DNA of 64,000 nt. It comes from Euryarchaeota archaeon UBA251 (GTDB taxonomy: Archaea > Thermoplasmatota > Poseidoniia > Poseidoniales > Thalassarchaeaceae). The DNA lies in NCBI GenBank assembly GCA_002497905.1, contig DAFJ01000085.1:15993-79992 (forward strand), written 5' to 3'. Shown here piece by piece: positions 50,032 to 59,237 of the stretch; the first letter of the stretch is position 1, and every line of letters begins with the position of its first letter. Below the pieces are notes generated by a model. That model was not told the DNA's origin. It searched no databases and saw nothing but the letters and a program-made list of their open reading frames with translations. The position numbers and the translations under genes are program-made.

Positions 50032-51221
50032 GCCGAAGTATAGTGCATTGCCAACATAGAAGCAACACGTGCACAGATGGCTTCGGAAACCTCGGATGTT
50101 GACGCTTCTCCGCCGAGATCATAGGTTAGGGTTCCTCCTTCACTAACCTGATTTTCGATGGCTGATTCAACAATTTCAGCTGCGACTGTTGCATCGGTAT
50201 CACCACTGCGCCGGCCAAGCCAATCGAGCATCATTTGCACACTACTCAACATAGCGATTGGATTTACCACACCTTTGCCAGCGTACTTTGGACTTGACCC
50301 ATGCACTGGTTCGAACATCATATGGTCATCACCAATGTTTGCACTCGCAGCCATACCCATACCACCCTGAAGTGTGCTTGCAAGATCAGTAGTGATGTCG
50401 CCAAACATGTTTGATGTCACAACCACATCGTAAAACTCCGGTTGACGAACCAACCACATGGTGAAGGCATCGATGTACGCCATATCTGTCTCGATGTCTG
50501 GATGATTTTCTGCAATTTCCAAATAGATAGAACGGAAAAGTTGGCAACCACGCGTAACATTGCTCTTGTCAATGCAACTCACTCTGGATGTTCCATCAGA
50601 AGGAGTCCCCGAGCGACGTTCCGCGATATCGAATGCAAAACGGATTACACGTTCAGAGCCCTTTCGGCTGATTGGACGGGGGTCCCAAGCAAACTCGCCA
50701 TCCATACCTGGAATCTCAATTTCAGGCACACTAGGATACGGAATACCCTGAGCCGCATGTGAAGACCTAGACAGAAGCGTCTGATACAGGCCTTCGGTGT
50801 TCTCACGGACAACGACCATGTCCACAAGGCCCGGAGACCAAACCTGTTTGAAACCCCCATGGATCTTGTGTTGTATGCCCTTGTACAGTTTGATTGGACG
50901 GACATTGGCGTATAGGTCCAAGCCAGAACGAAGGCCAAGAATGACCTGCCCGCCAGCTAAGTCGCCATTTGGCATTGTGGCACCAGGCCACCCAATCGCT
51001 CCGAGAAGGATTGCGTCTGATTCATCTCGGCAATATTCGAAGGAACCCTCTGGCCATTCTTCGCCGGTCTCAAGATAATGCTGACCACCACATTGAATCT
51101 CTGTAATTTGAAAGGTCAACGGAGAGTTCGATTCAATGGTCCTAAGCAACTTCATGGCTTCGGTCATGACCTCTCGGCCGGTTCCGTCCCCGGGCAGAGT
51201 CGTAATCCGATGAAGGGTCAT
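50028..51221 (-). CDS. Isocitrate/isopropylmalate/tartrate dehydrogenase family enzyme
   Basis: LPGDGTGREV, LYANVRP, RENTEG, KSNV, NMFGDI, FEPVHGS, NPIA. Substrate not resolvable by eye. Confidence 0.9.
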   Translation of the reverse strand: MTLHRITTLPGDGTGREVMTEAMKLLRTIESNSPLTFQITEIQCGGQHYLETGEEWPEGSFEYCRDESDAILLGAIGWPGATMPNGDLAGGQVILGLRSGLDLYANVRPIKLYKGIQHKIHGGFKQVWSPGLVDMVVVRENTEGLYQTLLSRSSHAAQGIPYPSVPEIEIPGMDGEFAWDPRPISRKGSERVIRFAFDIAERRSGTPSDGTSRVSCIDKSNVTRGCQLFRSIYLEIAENHPDIETDMAYIDAFTMWLVRQPEFYDVVVTSNMFGDITTDLASTLQGGMGMAASANIGDDHMMFEPVHGSSPKYAGKGVVNPIAMLSSVQMMLDWLGRRSGDTDATVAAEIVESAIENQVSEGGTLTYDLGGEASTSEVSEAICARVASMLAMHYTSA

Positions 51222-51337
51222 GTGAGGGGCATCCGGTCCACCTTGATGAATGCCCCTGTCAGAGATTTGAATCAAAGTCGAGGGGTGCAACCTAACAGGG
51301 GAATCGTTCATAGACGGAGATACCAAGTCGACTGGCT

Positions 51338-51934
51338 ATGGATGAACTCGGTTCCTCAGAGGATTCAACCTCTGGGAGGATTAATCCTTCATCCTTACCC
51401 CAAGTGGTCCGAGATCTTTGGGAGAGTATGCTCAGAATTGACCCTAACTGGAGTTTTGAAGATTGGCTCGTTTCTCGCGCAGAAGAAGAATCAGAACTAC
51501 TTGTCTCAAAACTCAATGATGAGGCCCTAAGGCTAGAACATCGTCGACACAGGGTTGAACGTCTTATCGAGCGTGTCCAACGCCAGATTAGTGAGCCGAA
51601 ACGCATCTCTGACCCTCATCAAAAGAATCTTTTCGAGGCATACAATGAGCCAGTGAAGATTCCTATCGAGATTCAGAAGGCAGAGGCGCCAATCGACGAA
51701 ACCATTGATGATATCGAAGATGGGATTGATGATCCTATTCTCCACATTTGTTGTGAGCACATCCTTCAGGAAATGGAAGAGGCGAGTGATGGAGCAGCAC
51801 ACGAAGATGACCTCATGGAAATCTGTGCGGCTGTTGGATTCGATGAATCTGAAGTACGTGAAGCAATTGAACACCTAGTTGTTGCAAATCAGATTTCTCA
51901 CCTAGGTGATGGGCTCTACAGCTTCGCAGATTGA
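51338..51934 (+). CDS. Hypothetical protein: coiled coil, PIP-like motif, C-terminal winged helix
   Basis: Heptad-like LRLEHRRHRVERLIERVQ, QKNLFEAY, and a C-terminal GFDESEVREAIEHLVVANQISHLGDGLY wH pattern. Confidence 0.65.
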   Translation: MDELGSSEDSTSGRINPSSLPQVVRDLWESMLRIDPNWSFEDWLVSRAEEESELLVSKLNDEALRLEHRRHRVERLIERVQRQISEPKRISDPHQKNLFEAYNEPVKIPIEIQKAEAPIDETIDDIEDGIDDPILHICCEHILQEMEEASDGAAHEDDLMEICAAVGFDESEVREAIEHLVVANQISHLGDGLYSFAD

Positions 51935-51956
51935 TGGGGCCCGGGGGGTCCCCATC
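51933..51956 (+). terminator. GC-rich hairpin after the stop codon (possible terminator or stability element)
   Basis: GATGGGG-CCC-GGG-GGG-T-CCCCATC inverted repeat; no U-tract. Confidence 0.3.
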
Positions 51957-51991
51957 GACTGGTCATATACCATGAGGCACGAATGTAAATC

Positions 51992-52762
51992 ATGCCGAGG
52001 ACTCGAGCGCTCCTAATCGGAATCGCTGGGGCTGGACTTCTCATTCAAGAGTACCCTCGTGGCCATTTCGCAGCTGTGACATTTGGGATCGTGTTGATGA
52101 TTTTAGCGGATGCTCCACATCACGCAAGTCGGCATCGACATTTCAGAAAAATGTCCTCGATGCAATCTAAGGATATGGAACGACTGAATAGACAATTGCG
52201 ATCAAACCGTCGCGCATACATCGATCTTGAGCATTCGGCCCAGTCGATGCAAGCGGAATTAGAGCGTAGAGATGCTGTTGGCGCTCCTGAAGCTCGACGC
52301 CTGTTGGATGAGCAAAGGCGTGCAATGTCGCTCCAATCCGAGGCATTGAGAGACGCGAAGCGGATGCTGTCCCAACAGCATCGAGTCATGCAACAGAATC
52401 AATCGCTACTTGATCGGATTAGCACAACCCAGGACAATGGAGTGGAACGATGGGAGCAGATGATGGTAAGCATCGAACGACTCCTTGATGGTCAAGCGCG
52501 AAGGACAGAGACCGTTCATGCACGTGTAATGGCAGATACTCGGCGCTCTAACGATGAGGTTACACGAAATAATCGAACCATTCAGGACATTCTCTCTGAA
52601 ATCGTGACACAGATGGTGCGTATCCCTCGAGAACAAACCATCCAACTGAACGATTCTGTTCTAATGTCGGATGCAAAGGATGCTATCGGAATTCGGCTTC
52701 CCGAGCTTCCCACTCAAAATATTGACTCATGGGTCCGAGCACTTGAAGAGGACCTTGGCTGA
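51992..52762 (+). CDS. Membrane-anchored coiled-coil protein, hypothetical
   Basis: N-terminal hydrophobic hairpin followed by a long Q/R/E-rich helical region. Confidence 0.65.
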   Translation: MPRTRALLIGIAGAGLLIQEYPRGHFAAVTFGIVLMILADAPHHASRHRHFRKMSSMQSKDMERLNRQLRSNRRAYIDLEHSAQSMQAELERRDAVGAPEARRLLDEQRRAMSLQSEALRDAKRMLSQQHRVMQQNQSLLDRISTTQDNGVERWEQMMVSIERLLDGQARRTETVHARVMADTRRSNDEVTRNNRTIQDILSEIVTQMVRIPREQTIQLNDSVLMSDAKDAIGIRLPELPTQNIDSWVRALEEDLG

Positions 52763-52767
52763 ATTCA

Positions 52768-53454
52768 GTGGACATGAGCGACATCGATGAGGGCATCGAT
52801 GAGGGGTTGGCATCCTTAGAAGATAGGGCCCGGAACGCAGAAGTTGAGTTCACAAGGACGATGCGGCGCCTCGTTATTGGTATCGTCACTCAAATTGCGC
52901 TCGTCGGTCTAATCATCATGATATTCGACATCGGTCCACTTATCGATGCGGTTGGAGTTCCAGTTGCTTTCCTCATCGGCTTCCTTTTCCCAATGCTCCT
53001 CATTATTGCATGGGCAGGTGCGGATCACCAAGTACGAATGGAGCCGATGGTGGAAGAAGAAGAACATGAAATTGAGGCGGTTGTCGATCGGATTATCGAA
53101 GATGCACCAGACAACCCTCTGCAGAAGACTATGTCTCCATCAGGAGGGGCAGTATACATGACCCGAGGACGAGATCCAAAGGGTGTCGCTGAAGGTGGAG
53201 GGGCAGATACCTTCGACCCTAGAAATCCACAAATTGATGGAATGGATTTGCGGCCTGAACATGAAGGGCTAGAAGGGGAACTAAGGAAAAGTCACGAAGT
53301 CAAAATCGAGGCTGACGAAATTGTTGCAGAAGAAGCGCAGAAAGCTTGGGAAGAGGCTGAGAGGAATGACCTCGAACTCATAGAAGCAGGAGTGGGGCGT
53401 TTGGGTGATCTAGTTGGTACTGGACATTTCGGTGGACGCACTCCTGAAAACTGA
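52768..53454 (+). CDS. Hypothetical two-TM membrane protein with acidic tail
   Basis: Two hydrophobic helices and an acidic C-terminal region; 5 nt after the previous stop. Confidence 0.65.
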   Translation: MDMSDIDEGIDEGLASLEDRARNAEVEFTRTMRRLVIGIVTQIALVGLIIMIFDIGPLIDAVGVPVAFLIGFLFPMLLIIAWAGADHQVRMEPMVEEEEHEIEAVVDRIIEDAPDNPLQKTMSPSGGAVYMTRGRDPKGVAEGGGADTFDPRNPQIDGMDLRPEHEGLEGELRKSHEVKIEADEIVAEEAQKAWEEAERNDLELIEAGVGRLGDLVGTGHFGGRTPEN

Positions 53455-53501
53455 TTGTAAAGCCGTGAAAGACCATTTACCGGAGTCTGGTGAAGAATAC
53501 C

Positions 53502-54287
53502 ATGGCACCCCCGCCAATGAAAGCGGTACTCGTGGCTGGTGGACTCGGTTCTCGCATGCTACCTTTCACACGATACATGCACAAAGCCATGCTTCCGTTA
53601 TACCATCGTCCTGTCATCGATTTTGCTCTCGGATTCATTCGACGTTCGGGTATCAAGGATATCACAATCATCGGAAATCGTTTCATTGGTCAAATCGCTC
53701 AACACGTTGGTGTTGGACTTCCTGGAGAAAATATTCACTATGTAATTGAGGAAAAACCGCAAGGTGTTGCATATGCCCTGAATCTCGCACGACCGCATAT
53801 CGAAGGAAGTCGATTGATGGTCTATTTCTCCGACAATATCACCACCGCTGAACTCACCGAAGAGGCAAGACATTGGAAAACCTCAGAGGAACCCCCGGGA
53901 TGTTTGCTTCTTGGACGCTCGGTCGAAGACCCGCGTGCCTTTGGAGTGGCTGTACTCGATGAAGAAGGACATCTCTTAGATATCGTCGAGAAGCCAGAAA
54001 ATCCACCAAGTGACCTTGCAATTGGGGGCATCTACCTCTATGACGAGCGCTTTTGGGAACTGCTTGACGAATGCTACGGCACCGAAAAAGAAGGGTTCTC
54101 CATCACCGATCTAAACAAGAAATACATCGAACTTGGTGCAGCACAAATGAAGGATTTAGGTGATGAGGAATGGCTTGATTGTGGGACTGCTGATGCTCTG
54201 TTAAGGGCATCTGCGCTTGCAAAAGAGGGGCGGCTATCGCCTGAACCGTGCAATCTTCGGGAAAAAGATCCAATACCGCGAAAGTGA
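53502..54287 (+). CDS. Sugar-1-phosphate nucleotidyltransferase (glucose-1-phosphate thymidylyltransferase-like)
   Basis: VAGGLGSRMLPFT..K, SDN, AFGVA, VEKP, WLDCGT. Confidence 0.88.
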   Translation: MAPPPMKAVLVAGGLGSRMLPFTRYMHKAMLPLYHRPVIDFALGFIRRSGIKDITIIGNRFIGQIAQHVGVGLPGENIHYVIEEKPQGVAYALNLARPHIEGSRLMVYFSDNITTAELTEEARHWKTSEEPPGCLLLGRSVEDPRAFGVAVLDEEGHLLDIVEKPENPPSDLAIGGIYLYDERFWELLDECYGTEKEGFSITDLNKKYIELGAAQMKDLGDEEWLDCGTADALLRASALAKEGRLSPEPCNLREKDPIPRK

Positions 54288-54326
54288 CGCGTTAGAACTT
54301 ACAAGATAGAGAAGGAGGATTTGTGC

Positions 54327-55151
54327 ATGAAAGTGGGTATAATTGGAGCTGGGATTGTTGGAGGAGCTATCGAACACTGGTTCGGACCTGTTCACGATTT
54401 ATTCATCCATGATCCTGTTAGAGGAACAACACTTGCCGATGTAACCAATCATGTGGATATGGCTTACATCGCTGTTCCAACGCCAATGTCAGATACAGAC
54501 GGATCTTGTGATCTCTCGATTGTAACCTCCATCCTCGGCGAGCTCCCTGATGGCTTCACAGCTGTAATCAAAAGTACAGTTGTACCAGGTACAACGCAAC
54601 GTTTCCATGAAGAGTATCCACACCTCAAGATTGCTTATTCCCCTGAATTCCTTGTCGAAAGAAGACACTTGGAAGATTTCGGGAATCAGGATATCCTTGT
54701 CTGTGGAACACATCATGCAGATGTAGCTGAACGTGTCTTCCAACAGCATCGTGAAGCAGGCGTTATCAAATCAGATCAGACCTTTCATGTCGAGCCGGCA
54801 GTCGCTGAAATGGTGAAATATTCGAAAAACACCTTTTACGCTCTCAAGGTCATCTTTGCGAACCAAATGTACGACATTTGTCAAGGCCTTAATGCGGATT
54901 GGTACAAAGTAAGTGAAATCATCACAGCACCCCAAGCTCAACCGATTGGGCCATCCCATCTCGATCCTATCTTTGGTTTGAATCGAGGGTTTGGAGGGAA
55001 GTGCCTTCCAAAGGATAGCAATGCTCTCCGTGTGCTTGCTAGTAATCTCGGTGTGAAGTATGATTGGATGGAGGCGATTCAATCGGACAATGCCCGCTTA
55101 CGGTCTATTCTCACGGGGAAACCATCAGATGTCACGACCAACGATGATTGA
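54327..55151 (+). CDS. UDP-glucose/GDP-mannose dehydrogenase family protein (short form)
   Basis: [45 protein letters not shown]; AGGAGG SD. Lacks the C-terminal UDP-binding domain. Confidence 0.88.
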   Translation: MKVGIIGAGIVGGAIEHWFGPVHDLFIHDPVRGTTLADVTNHVDMAYIAVPTPMSDTDGSCDLSIVTSILGELPDGFTAVIKSTVVPGTTQRFHEEYPHLKIAYSPEFLVERRHLEDFGNQDILVCGTHHADVAERVFQQHREAGVIKSDQTFHVEPAVAEMVKYSKNTFYALKVIFANQMYDICQGLNADWYKVSEIITAPQAQPIGPSHLDPIFGLNRGFGGKCLPKDSNALRVLASNLGVKYDWMEAIQSDNARLRSILTGKPSDVTTNDD

Positions 55152-55198
55152 GATACATTCGACGGCAGATTGATGGGGAGCAACACGAAGCCGGTCGC

Positions 55199-55636
55199 AT
55201 GCTTCCGGACACGCTGCACACCCTTCCTCAGAATGAGAGGTTCGCTTACGCCAAACTCTTGGCCTATATCACAAAGGTCGATGATGAAGTCACGGTCGAT
55301 GAAATGGCCATGTTTGAACAGCGAATGGGGACCGCGCTTCTCTCTCCAAATCAGCGGTCAGCGATCCGAGACTACCTCAAAAATCCACCAACGCTAAAAG
55401 AATGCATTAGTGACCTAAAGGAATCCACAGATGGACGCGCGGGTAAACTCGCACTACGTGATTCAATCATGATGTCGGCTGCTGATGGAACCGTAGACGA
55501 AGATGAGTTCGAAGTCCTCGGTAAGATCGCCGCTGGACTTGGGATGGAGGAAAGCGTTGTCGACGATCTCCTCGACTGGGTGATGGAAGGTTACGATTGG
55601 ATGGAACGAGGGCTTACGATCCTCAATGCTTCTTGA
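55199..55636 (+). CDS. TerB-family protein
   Basis: VDDEVTVDE and AADGTVDEDE paired acidic motifs, IAAGLG. Start at ATG 55199. Confidence 0.8.
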   Translation: MLPDTLHTLPQNERFAYAKLLAYITKVDDEVTVDEMAMFEQRMGTALLSPNQRSAIRDYLKNPPTLKECISDLKESTDGRAGKLALRDSIMMSAADGTVDEDEFEVLGKIAAGLGMEESVVDDLLDWVMEGYDWMERGLTILNAS

Positions 55637-55645
55637 GGTGGACGA

Positions 55646-56110
55646 TTGCTGCCTGATGTCATCGATCGACTCGATGAGCACGATCGAGAAGGTTATGTTC
55701 GCATTCTTATCTCTCTAGCCGGTGCAGATGGTACTCTTGTTCGTGAAGAAACCGCTGCAATCGAGGCTGCAATGGGGCGTGCACTAATCTCGCCACATCG
55801 CCGGAACGTACTCCGACAAGAGTTGAAGAGAAGCATCAATCTCTCAGAGATAATCGATGGGATGGGAATCCCTGCATTGCGCCTAGCTCTGAGGGATGCT
55901 GCCATTGTCGGGGCCTGTGATGGCGAGTTCCAAGAAGAAGAAATCGAATTTTTGAAGCGTCTCGCGGTTCATGCAGATGTGGATGAAGAGACCCTGGCTA
56001 AGGTTCTCAAATGGGTAGATCAAGGATGGACTTGGATTGAAAAATCTCGGCGTTTCCTTGGAATCAGAAACCAAGATTTTGGGAAATATGCAAAAAATGA
56101 CGATGATTAG
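55646..56110 (+). CDS. TerB-family protein (paralog)
   Basis: ADGTLVREE and CDGEFQEEE motifs; GAGGTG SD before a TTG start; same MLPD N-terminus as the upstream paralog. Confidence 0.8.
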   Translation: MLPDVIDRLDEHDREGYVRILISLAGADGTLVREETAAIEAAMGRALISPHRRNVLRQELKRSINLSEIIDGMGIPALRLALRDAAIVGACDGEFQEEEIEFLKRLAVHADVDEETLAKVLKWVDQGWTWIEKSRRFLGIRNQDFGKYAKNDDD

Positions 56111-56275
56111 GATTCAACTGCTAAAATAACTGAGGGTACAAAGAAATAATTCCAGTTTCCGCGAATTCAATTTCATTTCTCAGAGGTTGCATAACTCCCC
56201 AATAAGGCAGATTCTTCATAGGGTAGAACTTCACATCGCGACACCTAGCACGAGCGATTCGGGGTGAGCGGTAGT

Positions 56276-56860
56276 ATGGGAGTTCACCCGAAGATTGGAA
56301 TCACAGGTCTTCCGCGTAGTGGAAAATCTGCTGTGATGCAGAAGGTAATCGAAATGCTCGTCAACGATAGGACGGGGGAGATACGTGCACGTGGTGAGAA
56401 CCCGGATACAATTCGAATTATTGCTGGAATGCGAACAGAACCTCTCATTGAAGATGGTGAACGCAAAGGATACCGATGTATCGATATCGTTACTGGAGAA
56501 GAAGCCGTCATGGCTCACAAAGACATCGACACCCGGACACGCGTATTCGGATTTGGCATCGATAAGGAAACGATGAACACTGTCGCGATCCCTGCAATCA
56601 GAACTGCAATGGAAGAGGCCGAGGTCATCGTAATCGACGAAATCGGAAAGTTTAGTGTTGAGTCCGAAGAATTTGTCGAGATTGTTCGAGCAGCGCTTGA
56701 ACTCGACAAGCCGACGGTTATGACACTCGCCAAGAAATCACGACATCCACTTCTTCAGGACATCCGTAGAAGGGATGATGCACGAATACTTGAGGTGACC
56801 CCAGTCAATCGAGCTCTGCTTCCATACAAAATTCACAAGCTAATGCGCGAGACCTACTAA
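56276..56860 (+). CDS. Nucleoside-triphosphatase (THEP1/NTPase_1 family)
   Basis: ITGLPRSGKS Walker A, TE...GERKGY, IVIDEIGKF Walker B; GGGGTGA SD. Confidence 0.9.
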   Translation: MGVHPKIGITGLPRSGKSAVMQKVIEMLVNDRTGEIRARGENPDTIRIIAGMRTEPLIEDGERKGYRCIDIVTGEEAVMAHKDIDTRTRVFGFGIDKETMNTVAIPAIRTAMEEAEVIVIDEIGKFSVESEEFVEIVRAALELDKPTVMTLAKKSRHPLLQDIRRRDDARILEVTPVNRALLPYKIHKLMRETY

Positions 56861-56900
56861 CGGCCGTTGACTTCATGCATAGGATAGCGAGTCTAGAGTC

Positions 56901-57281
56901 ATGGATACGCCTGCTCGGACCATTGAGAGGTTGTTCACTCTAGCCGCCGTTGGTTCAGCCTTCGGTGCTGGTTTTCTATTGCTTGAGTCATCCACTTGTA
57001 ACGACAGTCTCGACGTTGCAATTACTTGTGCTGAGTCCGCATCGGTGGACGTCGGGCGTGTTCTTCTTGCAATCGCTGCTCTACTAGGGCTTGTTGTTAC
57101 TCAAGCATGGTTCGCACGCTCATCGAATCGAAGTTCATGGATTTCAATGATCTTCGACGACCGTACCGAGGAAGATGTTCGTCTTGATGCTGATTCAATA
57201 ACCGACGATGTCGAAGATATGGGTGAAGGATGGGCGAAGCTCGAGGAACAGATGCTCACAAATCGTATTGAAGAAGAATGA
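56901..57281 (+). CDS. Small two-TM hypothetical protein
   Basis: Two hydrophobic segments flanking a Cys pair, acidic tail; TTCAT box 29 nt upstream. Confidence 0.6.
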   Translation: MDTPARTIERLFTLAAVGSAFGAGFLLLESSTCNDSLDVAITCAESASVDVGRVLLAIAALLGLVVTQAWFARSSNRSSWISMIFDDRTEEDVRLDADSITDDVEDMGEGWAKLEEQMLTNRIEEE

Positions 57282-57282
57282 A

Positions 57283-57359
57283 TGGAGCACAGGAGGGGAT
57301 TCGAACCCCTGTAAAATGGATTTGCAGTCCATCGCGTAACCGGGCTTTGCTACCTGTGC
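57283..57359 (-). tRNA. tRNA-Cys (GCA), CCA encoded, no intron
   Basis: Minus strand GCACAGG acceptor/CCTGTGC, anticodon arm ATGGA-CTGCAAA-TCCAT, T-arm AGGGG-TTCGAAT-CCCCT, U73 discriminator, CCA. Confidence 0.97.
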
Positions 57360-57493
57360 GTTGTCCGCTCGTGAGTGCCGTCGTATATCAAAACCACGAG
57401 CGTTTTCTACATGTCAAAATTCGGTATTCGACCATCCAGATGAACTTGAGAAATCCATCGGCTTCATATGGGCCCCAAGTGGTTCTCGTTCTC

Positions 57494-57946
57494 ATGACAC
57501 CTGCAGGGGGCGAAGGTCAACTTCAGGTCCAAGAGTTCCTCGATGGTATCTCAGACCTCGATTTGAACACAAAAACCCGTGATTGGTATACAATGGACGT
57601 CTCTACAATGATCCAGGATATTGACATCGTCGATCACGAGATTGATGACGAGACCGGGTGCTCCCTTCTCTTCTTACGAAACAGCGTCATACACTGCTGT
57701 CCAGATTCTCAGCGTATCAAACACTATCCCAAGCATCTAATCCACTGTTTTGTTGAGAATCGTTCAGGCCGAAGACCGCTTTCCGAGAACAGTAATGCCT
57801 CTAAAGACCCTGTTTTCTTCGCTGAACTATTCTCCATTTCACCCTGTGAAGAACAATTGAATTGGAGCGTGGGATCCCATCTTGAAGGCGATGTTCCTCG
57901 ACTCCAAGCGAGAACTGCACGTTGGCTTAGATATCTCAATTCCTGA
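57494..57946 (+). CDS. Hypothetical protein (150 aa)
   Basis: Start MTPAGG at 57494, 31 nt after TTCATA; the upstream part of the track ORF overlaps the tRNA and is not coding. Confidence 0.65.
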   Translation: MTPAGGEGQLQVQEFLDGISDLDLNTKTRDWYTMDVSTMIQDIDIVDHEIDDETGCSLLFLRNSVIHCCPDSQRIKHYPKHLIHCFVENRSGRRPLSENSNASKDPVFFAELFSISPCEEQLNWSVGSHLEGDVPRLQARTARWLRYLNS

Positions 57947-57985
57947 TTCGCTTGATTCATGAACCCATCACGAGAAGGCCTGCGC

Positions 57986-59236
57986 ATGGATGCCTACATC
58001 ACCGGCCTCATGGCGCGGGCAATCCTTGATTCAAGAGGGAACCCAACTGTCGAGGTTGAATGCTTCGTGAATGGAGGATTGGCCGGGCGTGCAGCTGTGC
58101 CATCTGGTGCAAGTACAGGGAGCCATGAGGCAGTCGAATTGAGAGATGGGGGAGACCGTTGGATGGGGAAGGGCGTTGATCTAGCCGTCCAAAACGTCGT
58201 CGAAGTAATCCAGGAAGCCTTGGTGGGACTGCGAGTTGATGACCAAGCTACCATCGATCAGTGCATTCTCGATCTTGATGATTCACCGAACAAAGCAACG
58301 CTTGGTGCTAATGCAACGCTTGGTGCATCGCTCGCCTGCCTCCATGCAGGGGCAAACATCCACTCTCAACCTCTCTGGCGTTACGTCGGCGGGCTATCTG
58401 GAGGAAGCCTCCCAGTACCTCTGATGAACATACTCAACGGAGGTGCCCATGCCGCAAGTGATGTGGATGTTCAGGAGTTCATGGTCGTTCCCCATGGTTT
58501 TGATGACTTTTCTGAGGCACTTCGCGCAGGAGTCGAAACTTACCATTCTCTTCGCTCAGTCCTCAAGGAGAAAGGGCTCCTCGGTGGTATCGGAGATGAA
58601 GGTGGTTTTGCACCAAATCTCCCGAGCAATGCCGAAGGACTTGGGCTATTGACCCAAGCAATCGAGCGTGCAGGCTATTCACCAGGAGATGAGCTTGGTA
58701 TCGCGTTAGACGTGGCAGCACAGGAGTTCCTACACGATGATGGCTACCACATTGATGGCGCTGTCTTAACTGGCGATCAACTCGCTGAAACCTATGCAAC
58801 TTGGGCTGACGAACATCCCATCGTATCTATCGAGGACCCTTTCGGCGAAGACGATTGGAGTTCTTGGTCGACATTGACCGCTGAAATGGGAGATAGGGTC
58901 CAAATTGTTGGTGATGACCTATTCGTGACAAATGTGAATCGTCTGTCTGATGGGATTGATCGAGCAGCTGCTAATGCGATTCTAATCAAGCCCAACCAAA
59001 TTGGGACCGTCACCGAGACACTGGAATGTATTGAGATGGCGAAGAGTCACGGCTTTGGGACAGTAATGAGTCACCGTTCCGGTGAAACGAGTGATGATAC
59101 GATTGCCGATCTCGCAGTAGGTGCGCGAACTGGTCAGATCAAAACTGGGGCCCCTGCACGGTCCGATCGGACCTCAAAGTACAATCAACTTCTACGAATC
59201 TCTGAATCCTGCACAGAGTTCCTGCCACCGTTCTAA
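57986..59236 (+). CDS. eno: Enolase
   Basis: ILDSRGNPTVE, VPSGASTG, GDEGGFAP, IEDP, VGDDL, ILIKPNQIG, SHRSGET, GQIKTG, KYNQLLRI. Confidence 0.97.
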   Translation: MDAYITGLMARAILDSRGNPTVEVECFVNGGLAGRAAVPSGASTGSHEAVELRDGGDRWMGKGVDLAVQNVVEVIQEALVGLRVDDQATIDQCILDLDDSPNKATLGANATLGASLACLHAGANIHSQPLWRYVGGLSGGSLPVPLMNILNGGAHAASDVDVQEFMVVPHGFDDFSEALRAGVETYHSLRSVLKEKGLLGGIGDEGGFAPNLPSNAEGLGLLTQAIERAGYSPGDELGIALDVAAQEFLHDDGYHIDGAVLTGDQLAETYATWADEHPIVSIEDPFGEDDWSSWSTLTAEMGDRVQIVGDDLFVTNVNRLSDGIDRAAANAILIKPNQIGTVTETLECIEMAKSHGFGTVMSHRSGETSDDTIADLAVGARTGQIKTGAPARSDRTSKYNQLLRISESCTEFLPPF

Positions 59237-59237
59237 A

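Noticed and set aside
57283-57359. tRNA-Cys as an integration site for an island
   Set aside because: No integrase, no duplicated tRNA 3' end seen, and the flanks are ordinary genes.
57278-57493. N-terminal 72 aa of the 222-aa ORF 57278..57946
   Set aside because: It overlaps tRNA-Cys on the opposite strand and the divergent promoters; the likely start is 57494.
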